64,000 bases of DNA, taken from NCBI GenBank assembly GCA_958009085.1, contig OY253680.1, positions 310,001-374,000 on the forward strand. The letters are read 5' to 3'. The notes beneath the pieces were generated by a model. It saw nothing but the letters and a program-made list of their open reading frames with translations. It had not been told where the DNA came from and did no database searches. Numbering within the stretch: the stretch's first letter is position 1; each line of letters starts with the position of its first letter. The stretch is from Protoeuglena noctilucae (Eukaryota). Of this stretch, positions 12,501 through 27,881 are shown piece by piece. The translations under genes were made by a program, and so were the position numbers.

Positions 12501-14435
12501 GAGGCGGATGACGATGGCGGGGGCCGCAACGCACCACCCGCATCGCTCACAGCAGTACAGTACTGCTGTCCGGGGCGCACTCTCGTGCTGTCCCGTGCCA
12601 CCCTGAGCCCCGCTGTGTGACGCAGGGGCCAAAGCAGGGGAGCAGGTGTGGGCGCATGCGCGGGGGATGGACGGGCGTCGCGTGGTGGGCCCCGCTCCTC
12701 GCAAATCCATCGGCGCGGAGGTCAACTGGGGCGTGCGGTTCGCGGGGGAGGGGGACGCGAGGGACTTTGTAGCAAAGGTGGCGCAAGAGGTGAGCCCGAC
12801 TTAGCCAAGCTTGCCACCCCCGCATCTGCCGCCATGTCATATGCAGCGACCCCACCCCTCTCTCCATCATCCCCTCCCATCATATCAGCAGTCACCACCA
12901 CCGCCTCCCGCTTCCGCCCCCGCAGCTGGCGACACGCATGGACCAAGCCAACGTGACAGGCCGCACCCTCACCGTCAAAGTCCTCCGGCGAGCCCCGGGG
13001 GCCCCCGAGCCCGCCAAGTCTCTGGGCCATGGCCACTGCACAGCGCATTCCCGTTCCACGACCTTCCCTGCACCCGTACGCGCCGCCCAGGACATCGCTG
13101 AGGCAGCCTGGCCGGTCCTGCGGGCCCTGAACGTGCCCTGGGCAGAGATTCGCGGATTCGGCCTCGCGTTCACTCGATTGGAGCTTGCGGATGGGCCACA
13201 GAGCGACGAAGGTGGCAGAGCGGCGGTGGGGCCGGGCGGACTGCGGTTGCGTGTACCGGCGGGGGTGGCAGTGACTGACAACCCCATCCTTGCCGCACTG
13301 CGCGCGCACCGGACTGCCCGTGATGCGTCGCCTTCGCCGCTGCCGTCGCCGCTACCATCACCGCTACCCTCGCCGACCCGGCAGGACGGCGCAAGGGTGG
13401 CGTCAGGGAGTGGGCGATCGGCGGGGGCCGACCGAGGCAGGCGTGGTGTTACACACGCGACGATAGACGTGGGGACAGAGACAGCGCTGCGGTCGCGGTC
13501 GCCGTCTCCTCTTGTTGGTCGTGGGAAGAGGCAGGCCAGCTCACCCGCCACTGTCGGCACAGGCAAGGCGCAGGGCCGGGCTAAGCGGGCGCGGGCTGGG
13601 ACCCCACCGTCGCCTCTCACAGCAGCCGGGGGGCCGGGACGCGAAGCCGCGGGTGCTGAACGGAGCGGGGCGGGGGCAGGGGCCCTGGCGGGGTCTGGCG
13701 ACGCGGTGGCTGGCGATGACAGCAGGGAGGGGTTCCTGCCGCCTGTGTCTCAATTGGACCCGGATGTGATCGATGCACTGCCTCTGGAGGTCAAGCGGGA
13801 CTTGGAGAGGGCGTACGGGGCGCGGCTGGACACGTTGGGGAGGCGGGCGGGGCGCAAGGCAGGGGCGGAGGGGGACGGGGCTGGGGCTGGGGCGCTGCAG
13901 GGGTCGGGCGTACCGAGGCGGCTGGTGGGGGTGCGGCGCCGGCGCGGGGAGGCACGGCCGAGCGGGGGAGGCGCCCCTGGGCTTGACAGTGGGGCGGGGC
14001 AGCTGTTGGGGCAGGGGCGGGAGGGGTCCCGACGGGCATTGGAGCTGTGTGTGGGCGGCAAGGGGTCGTGTGGGGTTGGCGCCATGGGCGGTACGGACTT
14101 GGTGGGCCTGGTGGACGCAATGGCGACGGCGGGGATGAAAGACTCTGCTCTCGCCTGCGAGCTGCTGTGGCAGGCCGTGGTGGATGTTGGTGAGTCGGGG
14201 GGAGGTGGTGGTGGGGGCGCACGAGGGCTGATCACTGTAGGAAAGGTGCTCTGACTGTGCTGTGAATATTCCACTGCCATACATCCCGTGTGCCTGTGCC
14301 CGCGCAGTGGATGAGGACCTGGAGGCTTGTGCGGCTCTGGTGCGCCGATTGGACTGCGACCTGGGCTCCAGCCACCACCTCACCGCGAGAGTGCGGCAAC
14401 TGGTGGAGGGCGTGTACGGAGCCGGCCTGTTATGA
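9523..14435 (+). CDS. REV1: Y-family DNA polymerase REV1
   Basis: BRCT (FAGVCVHVNGHT...VRPEWVVES), SRLSFIGSWK, HIDMDCFFASV, SANYAARAFG, SCDEA, RKSIGAEVNWGVRF, UBM-like DVIDALPLEVKRDL and C-terminal VRQLVEGVYGAGLL*. Confidence 0.95.
11956..11987. repeat. Short direct repeat aagtatatctgcca x2 in a REV1 intron
   Basis: Read directly. Confidence 0.55.
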
Positions 14436-14672
14436 GAGTTTCTCGTGCAATTTATCTTGCTACGAAGAGTGTGTCGTTGTTCCATTCCAATGCACAGCCA
14501 CAGCGGACATCGCAGAGTAACGCCTCACCCTTACGGACGATTGCTATCGCTTTCCTGTCTCCCCCTGTGCCCTTGCTTGTGGTTGATACGGCAAGCAAAG
14601 ACTTCCCTTACTCCCATAGCCATCCATGTCTGCACGCTGTCCATTGAAAGCAAGCGCGTGCTCCAGCACCCC

Positions 14673-16169
14673 TCACACCAGGACCCCCGCATCCCCGGGC
14701 ATGACTTTAGCAATGAAGTGGTCCTTGGTGTCACGATACTCCTCACAGAGGTCACTGGCAGGCACGTAATCCACCAGAAACCCCGCAGCCTCGAGCGCTG
14801 TGAAGAACTCGCCCTCCCCGCGCCCACGCAACTGCACAGGAGATCAAGCAGCACCACGTTCGTTCGGTTCAAGGGGGTCAAAGAGACGGCGAGGGACGAG
14901 CCTGGGGCTGAAAGCACGTGGTTTAGAAGAGATGTAAGGCTAGGGTTTCACCTTGTAAGAGAAGAAGGCGACCGTGTGGGGAGCACACACCATCCGCAGC
15001 GTCTCAATCAGCGCACCGTACGTTTCACGGAGGTACACCACGTCCGCGCCCACCACCACCTCAGGTCGCCCATTGTACCGATCCGCAGGCCTCGCTCCCT
15101 TCTCTCCCACAGTAGAGGGAGGGGTACCCTCTATGACTGGTCCCCTTGCAGGCTCTTCTTCCAATCCCGTCTCCTTTGGGGCATCCCCAGCAGAGGGAGG
15201 GGTGCCCTCCCTGACGTGCCTCCTTGCTGACTCCACTTCTGCCCCGCCATGCCCCCTCCCCGTGCCCAATTCACCCACAGTCCCATCTGCATCCCTTGAG
15301 CCCTCCCCCTGCCCAGCAGCACCCTCCACGCCCCTCAACCCCTCCCTCTCCCCGCTCTCAGCCCCACCCGCTTCGGCCCCATCTGCTCCCCCCCCCTCGC
15401 TCTCCACCACCCCGTCCACTCTCCCACCCCAGCGACACAGGATGTCTGCCACGCCCCGCCCCCACCAGTACACTTCCACCGCGCACGTCCCCGGGCGCGT
15501 CGCGTCGCGTGAGAGGACGCCGTTGCTCTCTGCATTCTCCCTGGCGAGCCCGTACACGTGAGGCAGGTCCATCTGCATCACCCGTGCTCCTGCCCGCGCC
15601 AACGCGATGCCCACCAGCCCGGTCCCGCAGCCCAGCTCCAGCACGGGGACGTCCACCCAGGCACCCAGAGGGCGCACCCTGCAGCCGTGAGCGCAGTGGC
15701 GTCTACGCACGCAGCAATGCGATGGCTGCGACCGGCCCTGGGTTGCAGTCTCGCCTCAGGAGATACTCTACGAGGAGGAACGCTCCTGGCCACGTGACGA
15801 GCCCTACGTTCTGCAGGCCCTCCTTCCGACCAATCTCATCGCCCTCGCTCTCCCGCCGCGCGCGCTTGCCAGGCCGGGGTGCCCCCTCTTCCACCTCAGG
15901 CCCCCAGCTTCGGGCGACGTCGGCATTGCTCGCGCCGCTGGGGCCAGCCCCGCTGTTTTTCGCGTCCTGCCGCACGTCGACGGTGACGTTGCCGTCGAAG
16001 CAGAACGTGCGCAGCTCGGCACACCTGTGCGTGCCTGCGTGGAGGATGTCTGGGAGGTTTTGAGTTTGCACCGCCAGCCAGCTCCCCCGTTCGCGCAGCG
16101 CATGAGGGGAAATCCGCCACCTGCTCGCAGATAGCTGAAAGGAACGATCTCTGTGCCCGTCACCGCCAT
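14673..16169 (-). CDS. METTL21-like (family 16) SAM-dependent lysine methyltransferase
   Basis: VGLVTWPGAFLLVEYL, VLELGCGTGLVGI and VVGADVVY; contains a long Gly/Glu insertion. Confidence 0.87.
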
Positions 16170-16658
16170 CCCGTCGTCGTCGATGGTCACCAAGTATCGA
16201 AATACTGGCCGCCAACATGCGCGGATCGCTCCCTGGCGGGGACGCGGCCTCCCAGGGTACTCCCGTCTGTTTCTGACCGACCATGGGACGCCGTAAGCTC
16301 TCGCCCGCGCACCGGCGGGGCATATCGCGACATACCATCCTCCTCCTCGTCGTTGAACCTCTCATCCTGCCCGTCATCTGCGCCACTGCGGTCTACCTGC
16401 GCAGCGGTAGCTGGGTCTCGGGTCTTCGTCGACACCGCCCCAACGCCGGCACCCTCGCGCTCGTCAGCCGAGCTGCTGAAACTTTGTGTGACTAAGATGA
16501 CGATGGAGGTGGGGAGCGCCGCCTAGAGGGGCGGGCGTGCAGTTACACGCGGTGTGGAACTGCACCGTGCTTCGCTGCTCAGCCCGTCGTAGAGCGGTCG
16601 CGAGGCACTCAAAGCGACACGCTCAGCAGCCGGTGTGTTTATGCTCACACACAGGATC

Positions 16659-17819
16659 ATGTCGGAGACAGTTGGAAGATGGTGCCGGCCTCCGCAGCCC
16701 GCCATCGCACTCCATCGTCCGCCGCGCGCCCCGCCGTGCGCCTGGCCTCTTTTGGCGCGACAAACGAGCATGCGTCCCTCTGTAACAGCGTCAAGTACGG
16801 ATATGGTAACTGCAATAACCCAGTCTGCCGGTATTGGCATCCAAAAGAAGCGGGAGCCGTGGTGGGCAACGGCCGCGTGTACAAGCTCCGCCCCCTGCAC
16901 CATCCGGACCATCCCCACTTCCGAGGCATCGTGGTCTGCCGAGGTGGCGACGAGTGCAAGGGTTTGCAATGCAAGTTCGCCCACCCCGACCCCGCCGAGG
17001 ACAACGTGGCCGCAACCGCCGCCCGAGTGTACGAGAGCCACGTCCGGTGGCTCCAGGCGCACCTCGCTTCGACGAACGAGCTCGCCCGGTGCCGCTTCTG
17101 CAACCGAGACGTCTTTGACCGGTACCTCCCGTCGCACGAGGGCTACTGCTTTGGGGCAGGAGCCCATGCGCACGCGCATGCATACGAGGACCGCTCCAGC
17201 TGCGGTGGGCTCGACCAGCTCCTCCCGGCAGAGAACCAGGGACACCCTGCCCCTCCGCCGGCTTCGGTGTGGGCTGACGGCTCCAGCACTCCCGGGTCGA
17301 CCCACGCTCTCCAGGCCCCTGCGCGGGGCTCCCCGGACACAGTCGTTGCCAAGCCCGCCCTCCCGGCGTGGGCCCCGCTGACGGCCCTGTCGAGCCCGGC
17401 GCTGACCAACGACGCATCCCGCCCCCGCGAGTCGAGGTGAGCTTCTGATGTTGGGCTAGCCTCTGCCATTGGCCAAGTGCAGTTTGGGTGGCCGACCCAA
17501 CGCCGCCCTTGCCATCCGCAGCGTCGCGACGTTGGACGTCTCGCGCGTGGACACGGCCCCCTCCAAGAGCACCTCGACGATCGAGCGCGCCATGTTTGCG
17601 CTCCGCGCTTTCTGCGGCGAGGAGCTGCGCAAGGCCAAGGAGGAGCTTTCTGGCATCGAGGAGGAGGAGCGTCGGCTGGGAGAAGCGTTGAACGCCGTGC
17701 CGCTGCACTTGCTGCCCGGCGATGTGCTGCAGACCGTCGAGGAGGCGGCCAAGGAACTGGCCGCCAGGAAAGCCGAGGTCACGGGCAGAATCACGCAGCT
17801 CGCGCAGGCCCATGCGTAG
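16659..17819 (+). CDS. Zinc-finger protein (2x CCCH-like plus C2HC-like) with C-terminal coiled coil
   Basis: Exons approx 16659-16681, 16789-17436 and 17522-17819. Motifs CVKYGYGNCNNPVCRYWH, CRGGDECKGLQCKFAH and CRFCNRDVFDRYLPSHEGYC. Confidence 0.65.
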
Positions 17820-18470
17820 GCGGCCGTTTAACTTGCGATGCGAGCCCGCTGACGATGGGAATGAAAGCATGGATGATGAGCTGCGGGGGCAGAGTTTTTT
17901 GAAAGGATCGCTTACTTGCGTGCTGCGCGTGCCAGGCACATCCAGGCATGCCCTGCCTGAAACCTCGGGCTGGATCGCTATAAGCCGTCGCGAGGGCCTC
18001 CAGCTTGACAAACCCACCAACTTCACACAAGCCGCATCGCCATACAAGCGAAACAAAACTTTTTCAGAAGCAAACCCGCACCACTCTACCCTCCAAGTCA
18101 CAGCGGTGAGTCTCGTTCGTGTGTGCTACACGGGCTTGCTGCGGAGCGCTTTCTCACAACCCCTCACCACCTGGCTCTCGCTTCGCCCGCAGAGCCACTA
18201 ACATCTTGTAAACAACCAAGCGAGACCGATCCCTCCCACTCAGCAGTCACAGCGGTGATTCCTCGCTCCCTGCAGCCCTGTCCGCCTGCGGTTCGTCGCA
18301 CATTGTCATCCTTGACGCGGGTAGCTCTGCTCCGGGGTCCCTTCGGCCCCAGTGACGCTGCCCCGCGATTGTGCTTCGCGGGCGTGCTACGGGGCGCGTT
18401 TGAGCGACCGCTCACCACCCGGCGCTTTCTTTCCCCACTCCACTGAAGCCTTCGTCATCTTATAAACATC

Positions 18471-18866
18471 ATGAACCACTCAACCGACGGCGCTACGGAG
18501 GCCGCTGGCGCTCCCTCTCGCGGGGAGCCGCCAAGCGGACCGTGCGCCCGGGAGCTCTCGCTGCGCAAGCGGATGTGCGCTCGCATCCGCGCCGTGCTTA
18601 GAATGGCCATCTACAGACGAGCCAGTAACTTGCGCTCGATGTTCCAATGGCATGCGTTTTGGTCCCCGAGGCACAAATGCCACGCGCTCGAGCGTGCCAC
18701 GGTTCAGCTGCAGAGCTTGCGCGAATCCGAGGCTGTGCTTGGCCGCGAAATTAGGAGGCTTGACGCGCTGTGCCGCGCCCTCCACGAAGAGAGGCGGCGA
18801 GCCCGCGATGACCAATGCATTGGCACTCCTCAGCAGCACGAAGTGACAGCCAGTCATGAGGGTTGA
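18471..18866 (+). CDS. Possible hypothetical protein with a short coiled coil
   Basis: 131-aa ATG ORF preceded by a TATAAA-like sequence; no recognisable family. Confidence 0.3.
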   Translation: MNHSTDGATEAAGAPSRGEPPSGPCARELSLRKRMCARIRAVLRMAIYRRASNLRSMFQWHAFWSPRHKCHALERATVQLQSLRESEAVLGREIRRLDALCRALHEERRRARDDQCIGTPQQHEVTASHEG

Positions 18867-19066
18867 AGAAAAACTGCTGCCTCACACTTCAGTATCGGCC
18901 AGCGCACACCGCAACGTGAAGAGGACAGGCTGGTCGCCTTGCCCAAAGTGCCCTAGCTCGGCGTCAGTGACCTGTCGCTCATCAGTGAGCTCACCTGCCA
19001 TCTAACGACCAGGACTGCCCCATCTTGTGCACGCCTACCCACATCCAATCTGCAGATACCCGCGGG

Positions 19067-21657
<2,591 letters not shown>

Positions 21658-22122
21658 TGCATAAAACGAGGCCTCGTTCGGATTCCAGATCCCGAGACGC
21701 CTGGGAACTACTGATGATGCGATACAGTGGCGCCGCTGCACGATGCGTGATGTTGGCTGCATAGCATGCCTTTCAATTACGCCTTGTACTGCGCTGGTAG
21801 TGGGGCGAGGCCGTCGTAGCCGCCTCGCTTAGGAAATGGCGGCGGTGGAAGGGACGAGAGTTGGCGAGAAAGCAAGTGCATGATGAGAAGGGCAGAGGGA
21901 CAGAGGGACGTGGATGCAACAGGCAAGGTGACGAGCAGGGCAGCCAGCGTCCACTTTGCCTCCGCCTGCCTCGCAAAACACTCGGGGCAGCCAAAACGCG
22001 AGGGCCCTCTGGCCAGCTGCGCTGTGTCGAAAACGCAACGCCCTGACGGACTGCCACTTGCTCCCAAAAGCGTTGCTGAGCTTCTAAAGGACGAGGCCGC
22101 ATGTGACGCCCCGGCTGTGCAG

Positions 22123-23171
22123 TCATCCGCTCGTGAAGATGGTGCTGAGCCTTTCGAGGACGAGGTCGCACGTAACGCAGGTCACCGCCACGCCCAGCAC
22201 GTCCATGACGACCTGGATGGTCGTGCCGGCGTTGGCGGGGTCCACGCCCGACTTGGCCAGGGCAAAGGGCAGCGTAGTGCCCAGGGCGATGCTCGTGACG
22301 ACGATGGCAAAGAGGGACTGCAGGGACGCGAAGCAGTACCAGTTAACGGCACACACCGTTCGATACTCTGCATAGCACATGCACACTCGTCTGGGAAAAG
22401 CGTATGGCGAACAGCATGGCATATACAGATACTGTTCGATGACTTGCAAAGCACAGGACGTTTCTGCGGAAGCGACTCGCCATGGAGATGGCGCACGCAT
22501 CCCGTACGTCTCCCTGGGTCAGCCACACCCGCAGGAACCCTGCTGCCGACAGCACTGACCCCAGGACTAGAGCCACGACCACCTGCTGCCTCAGCGCCAC
22601 CAGCATGTCCCGCAGTCTGCGGACAGAGATGCAGAGGAGAGGTGTGAACATGTACAACGACTGGTAGGGCAACTGCTTGCGAACCACATCCTTCGCACCC
22701 GTGCGAGAAGGCCTGTCATCATACAGCTCTGTGTGGCCAGCCCTCTCACCGAGGCTTGTAGCGCCCCGTGGCCAGCCCCCGGATGATCTTGATGGCGGAC
22801 TGGTTGCCCGCATTGCCCCCGGCCCCGACCAGCATGGTCAGGAAGAGGGTGATGACCAGGTGGTCCCGCACGAGGTCTTCGTACTTCTCAAGCACCAAGC
22901 TGCTGGACGACTGCAGGACCAGGAGGCCGAGGAGCCAGCGGCCGCAGTCCCAGGCCTCTGCGAGAGATCGCACGTCGCGCGCGGAGAGAAATCCGGGCAG
23001 GGATGAGAAGGGCGCGGTGGGGTCGACGGGGGAGCACGGAGCCAGGTCCGCGCCGTCGTCGGGAGGCGGGGCGGAGGCTTGCGGCGTCACCACACGCTCC
23101 GCACGACTGCTGCCGGCAGCGACCACGCGCCTCGCGACCTGCGCAGTCCGCACATTGACGGGGCACGTCAT
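22123..23171 (-). CDS. MgtE-type divalent cation (Mg2+) transporter, membrane domain only, putative transit peptide
   Basis: LFLTMLVGAGGNAGNQS and GVDPANAGTTIQVVMDVLG. Confidence 0.85.
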
Positions 23172-23802
23172 GCGCGTGCCCGCCAACGCCTTCCCTGGAC
23201 ACGGCAGTCCCAAACATGGTGTCCGTGCGTTACTTCGATCACTAATAAGAAGTGGAACGAAGCGTTTCCCGAAAACGGACCACTCACCGTAGGGCAAGAG
23301 CAACACGGCCTCCCTCGCTCCGAGTCGACGGGGGAATTGGGGACGTCGTGAGAAAGCGAAACATGTTGGATGAGTCGGACACGGGCTGTCATGCCATGAG
23401 ATGCCGTGCCGGGCGTCCCTGGCCTGCGCAAGGCATGCCCCGCTGGGCACAGTCCCAGCATGGCTGCTGCGCGTCCCCGCGCGCCACGGGAGACCCGGGC
23501 TTCTAATCCGAGTAACAGGATGCTATCGAGGTGCTTGCGACCGTCCGTGGGGGTCTGGAGTGGTTCAGGCACGCGCAAACACGGCCCTGGGCTTCATCAG
23601 TGCACCAACGGAAGGTCACGCCTCGGAAGCGGGCGATTCAGACAGCTGATATGCCGAAGCGACCATGACCTGGCGCGTTTGTGCGACCGTGGGGCACGCA
23701 CGCTCGCTCCGTTGCGCCGCCAGTCCTTGCTAGAAAACGTTCAATCGCAGCGAAGCTATCATCCGGCAAACCTCTAGCCCAATGCATTCCACGCCCCGCA
23801 TC

Positions 23803-26800
23803 TCAGGGCGGCCGGCCCCTCGGATCCCCGCTCCCCCGTTCGACCAGGGACCCGCTCCCACCCCCTGCCACCAGTCGACTCCGTGCCATGCTCAGCAGCG
23901 CGTGGCCCGCCGACGCCCGCGCCTCAATCGACGCTGAGTCCGTGCCGCTCGCCTCGCCCGGCAACGGCGCGGTCACCACCCTGAGCACAGCAAGGATCAG
24001 GCCCGACGTCAGGATGCAGACCACGTGTAAAACACACAGACCACCTTAAAGCAGTTGGTCATGTCATGGCCTGAGCTCACCCCGCTTCGCGCAGCTGCTC
24101 GTCCATGCGCCGCTCCCACTCCGCCCGCCCCGGCCACAGCGCCTCCCCGGCATTGTGGTCCGCCCCACTCAGCCCCTCTGGGTCCCTCGGGGCATGAGAA
24201 GCACCCTCATGCGATGCCACCTGCCCATGGCCAGCCCCCGCGCTGCCGCCTCCCTCACCACCCGCGACACACGCACCCACACCCACACCCACACCCACCG
24301 CAGCCCCACCCCGGCCCTCTTGCAGCGGCACGCCCGCCGCAGTCCGCACATCGCTCGCCCCGCCCCAGGCACTAGCCCCTGGGTAACTTGGTCCCCTGTG
24401 GTTCTGCAACCCGTCAGGGTATGCCCTCACAATCTGGTCGTCGCCGTTCTGCCATAACCCCAGGCGCGGGGGCATCATCATGGAGGATGCACCCGCCAGC
24501 ATCGCGGGTGGCAAGGGGTAGCCCCCGGGTAAGTAGGCCCCGCCCTCCGGGACTGGCCCCGCCTCCGCCGCCATTTCGGCCCCGGAGTGGCCCCGGCCAT
24601 CCGCCGCCCAGGAGGGAGCGCCGGAAGGCACGCCCTCGCCTCGCGGGCGCCCGTCCCACCCTGCAGGCACAGCCGTAGCCTTGCTCTCTCGCATGCCAAC
24701 CGAGCCATACGTCACCAGGAAAGCTCTGCATGTACCTCCACCGATACATGTCTGCGTCTCTGACACTCCAAGCGCAGTCGCACGCGTCCTCACCTGCCAG
24801 GTCGGCGCCCGCTGCCGTCCTGGCCATGTGCCCCAGGGCAGCCGCCGCGGGTCCCTCCGGGTGCCAGAACGGGTACTCGGCCGCGAACGTGACGAGGGAT
24901 CGCTCCAGCTTGCCGTGCCGCGACCGCATGCCGTCGGCGGCGTGCCAGGGCGAGCCCCAGTTGGCGTTGCCGTGCCGGCGCAGGTCGAAGGCCCCGAAGG
25001 CGCACACGTCCCCCACGCCCTCCACCGTCACCGTGCTCGCCTGGATGAACCGAGAGATGTCCTCGGCACGCTGCGGGGTGGGGTGATGAAGGGTCGACTT
25101 CGCCGTCAGGGATGGGGCGAAGGAGGGCAGCGTGTTGGGTCATGCCGTCTCAGCCGATCGCCTATCATCGAAGATGCCTTACAATCCCCGGTGCTACTTG
25201 CAGTCATTATGCCGCAGGGCACGCCCAGCCAAGCGTCAGCATGGTGCAGCCGGGGCAGCTGCAACACTCGCCTGTGGCAGGGACAGTGCCAGGACGATGG
25301 GGGTCACGAGCGTCGAGATGAGCTCCTCCGCAAAGGCCATCAGGCGCAGCGGAAAGAGGGACGATATCTCGTCGTGCACCTCCTGTGTGTGCCCCCGGCC
25401 GCGCCACCGGCGGGGGAAGAAGCGCAGGTGGGCAGCCAGCACCTGCAGCACGCCCTCTGCAGGGAGATAGACAAGGGCCCAAGCGTCAGGAGCATGGCGG
25501 GGAGCGACGGGCCTGCGCCACTCTGCCAGACCCGCCTCCCGTGACGCGCTCTCTTGCCGCACTCGCACGCACGGGGTGGCAGTGCCAAAGAACCCACCAG
25601 AGAGCACAAGGGTCATTTCCGCACGCACACCTGGATCGAACATGCGCTCCTCGTCGTCCACCATGGCCCGCGTGACGGCCAGGACGATCCCAAAGGTGGC
25701 GGCCCACCACACAAGGTTGCGGCCCCACAGAGCCCGCTCCAGGAGCACTTCGTCGAGGACAGCCACGAAGAGGAGGACAGCAGCGAAGGAGCCGAAGATG
25801 AAGGAGAGCAAGCGGGCCCTGGGGTGTGGCAGGGGGAGTTGGGTGGGGCGGGTAGATTGGTTGGAAGGGCACAGAGTGGGAAGCAAAGCGGAGCAACAGG
25901 CGGGCCTGTGACCATGCCTACGTGCATGTCACCTACCTGGTTGTGAAGCAAACAAAGCGCGCAAGGGGTGAGCTACATGAAGTGGGGCGCGGGGTGCGCG
26001 GGGTGCGTGTCGCTCACCAGTGCGTGAGGCCTGGGGACTTGAACTGCCCCAGGTACTTGACGGCAGCCTTGGAGGAGCTGACGAGGCGGTTCTGGAGCTG
26101 ATGGGGCAGCTCGTTGAACTCCCGGAACGACCAGTGCGCGGTGGGCGACTGCGGGCGGGAGGCAGGGGACGCGAGTGCATCAGACGCGGGGCGTCGGTGC
26201 CGTCACAGACACAGGGGTCAGGGGTCAGGGATTAGCTCGGTCTGTAGTGATGTAAGTAAGATTAGGGAACAAAAGGGCACGGGCTTGTGCCCGCGATATG
26301 CCTCAGCAACATAGGGATGTGTGGCCAGTCACAGATGCCGCACGCCTCGCGCCACCCACAGCTTACCCAGGTGCGTTCCCCGGCGGAGGACGGGTGGTGG
26401 TAGAATCGCTCCGCGTTGCCCAGGAAGTGGTACATGAGGAGGTAGACGGCGACGAAGGGGGACAGGAACAAGGACAGGGCGGCCGCGGCCCGCATGCGCC
26501 GTCGCAGGGCGGGGGGGTCCAGCGCCTCGCGTCGGAGGCGAAAGGAGTGGGGGTCGAAGGCCGGGTCGAGGATGGTGGAGAAGAGGGACCAGACGAGGGT
26601 CTGGGTGATGAGGGGGCGGCGGGGGAAGGGGCGGAACGGCACGGTCAGGGACAGGACGCCCACGTTGAGCATGGCCACCAGGTAGTTGTCCTTGCGCATG
26701 ATGCGCTGCACGATGTCGTGCGCCGTCAGGTCCTGCGGGAGAGCACGGGAGACCGCGTCGTCTCGGCTGGGTGACGAGCGGAGGACTTGGCAACCGTGCT

Positions 26801-27881
26801 GCACAGGCTCGCCTTGACCACGCAGAGGCGCGTGTTGCGTTGCAGGAGGATGACGCGGCGCAGGAGCTCGGCCCATGTGATGGTCACCATCTGCCGCTCC
26901 GAGATGCCCATCCTGCGTGGCACAGCACGCGTGACGCACTCCGTGCGACAAGTAACAGGACCCCTCCTTCGTTGTTGCTTCGGAAGCACGGTAACGTGAC
27001 CCTGTTCCTCGCATCCCAGCCCCACACGCACCTGTTGGCCACCACCTCGTGGACCTCCAGCGCCCCCACAATGTCGAGCACCGCGTGGGCCGCCTGCCAG
27101 ACCCAAATGGCGGAGAAGATGACGAGGTAGACGGTGGCGGCCGTCAGGTAGGCCCCCGAGTGGAACTTCCACGGACTGGCGTGGATCATGAAGGAGATGT
27201 CACAGGAACCCTGGCGCAGGCACGGGTTCTGCGGGGCAGGGTCGAGATTACGCGCGGTTGCGGAAGAGCTTCGCCGCCGCCGTCGGCGCGTGTCGATTGT
27301 CTGCGCGCGTACCTTCAGCTGGGACCAGTCGACGAAGAGGAGGAGGAACCCGGAGAACAGGATGATGAAGGCCAGGCGGAGCACGGACGTGACGCGCTCG
27401 GTGACGAGGACGCCGAGGCCCCCGGACCGCCAGTACATGTACATGCGCGTGAAGAACCGGTCCAAGTTCGATATGGCGCCCATCTCCCACCTGCGAGTGC
27501 CGTGGCTCGGGAGCACGACTCGGGGCCCACCAACTACGGGCCGCGAGGTCGCGGAGGATGCTTCCGTCAGCGCAGCCTACTGCGCGTATACGTCTGACAT
27601 CAAGACGGTACCCGGCGAAGGGAAGGTCGCGTCAAACACCTCGACAGAGGATCGGCATGGGCGCGCTGGACGGTGGGCATCAAAACGCGGACACGCAAGC
27701 AGGTTCCCGAGCTCCCGCACCTCTCCTCCAGACCAACGAGATCTGGAGCGCCATTGTCGACGTCATCGAGCTTCGGGAGGCCGTAGGCCTGGCTCCCGGA
27801 CGTCGTGCCCGAATCCCACGGCAGGTCCTCGCCCTGCCGCCAGAGCAGGGGCTCTCGGTGCTGCTGCCCAGCCCCGTTCAT
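23803..27881 (-). CDS. ATG9: Autophagy-related protein 9
   Basis: ISNLDRFFTRMY, LCVVK|DLTAHDIVQRIMRKDNY, FRELNEL, VEGVGDVCAF and HGKLERSLVTF; start codon approximate. Confidence 0.95.

Noticed and set aside
13333..13378. PSPL-type tandem repeat in REV1
   Set aside because: Ordinary low-complexity coding repeat; no spacers, so not CRISPR-like.
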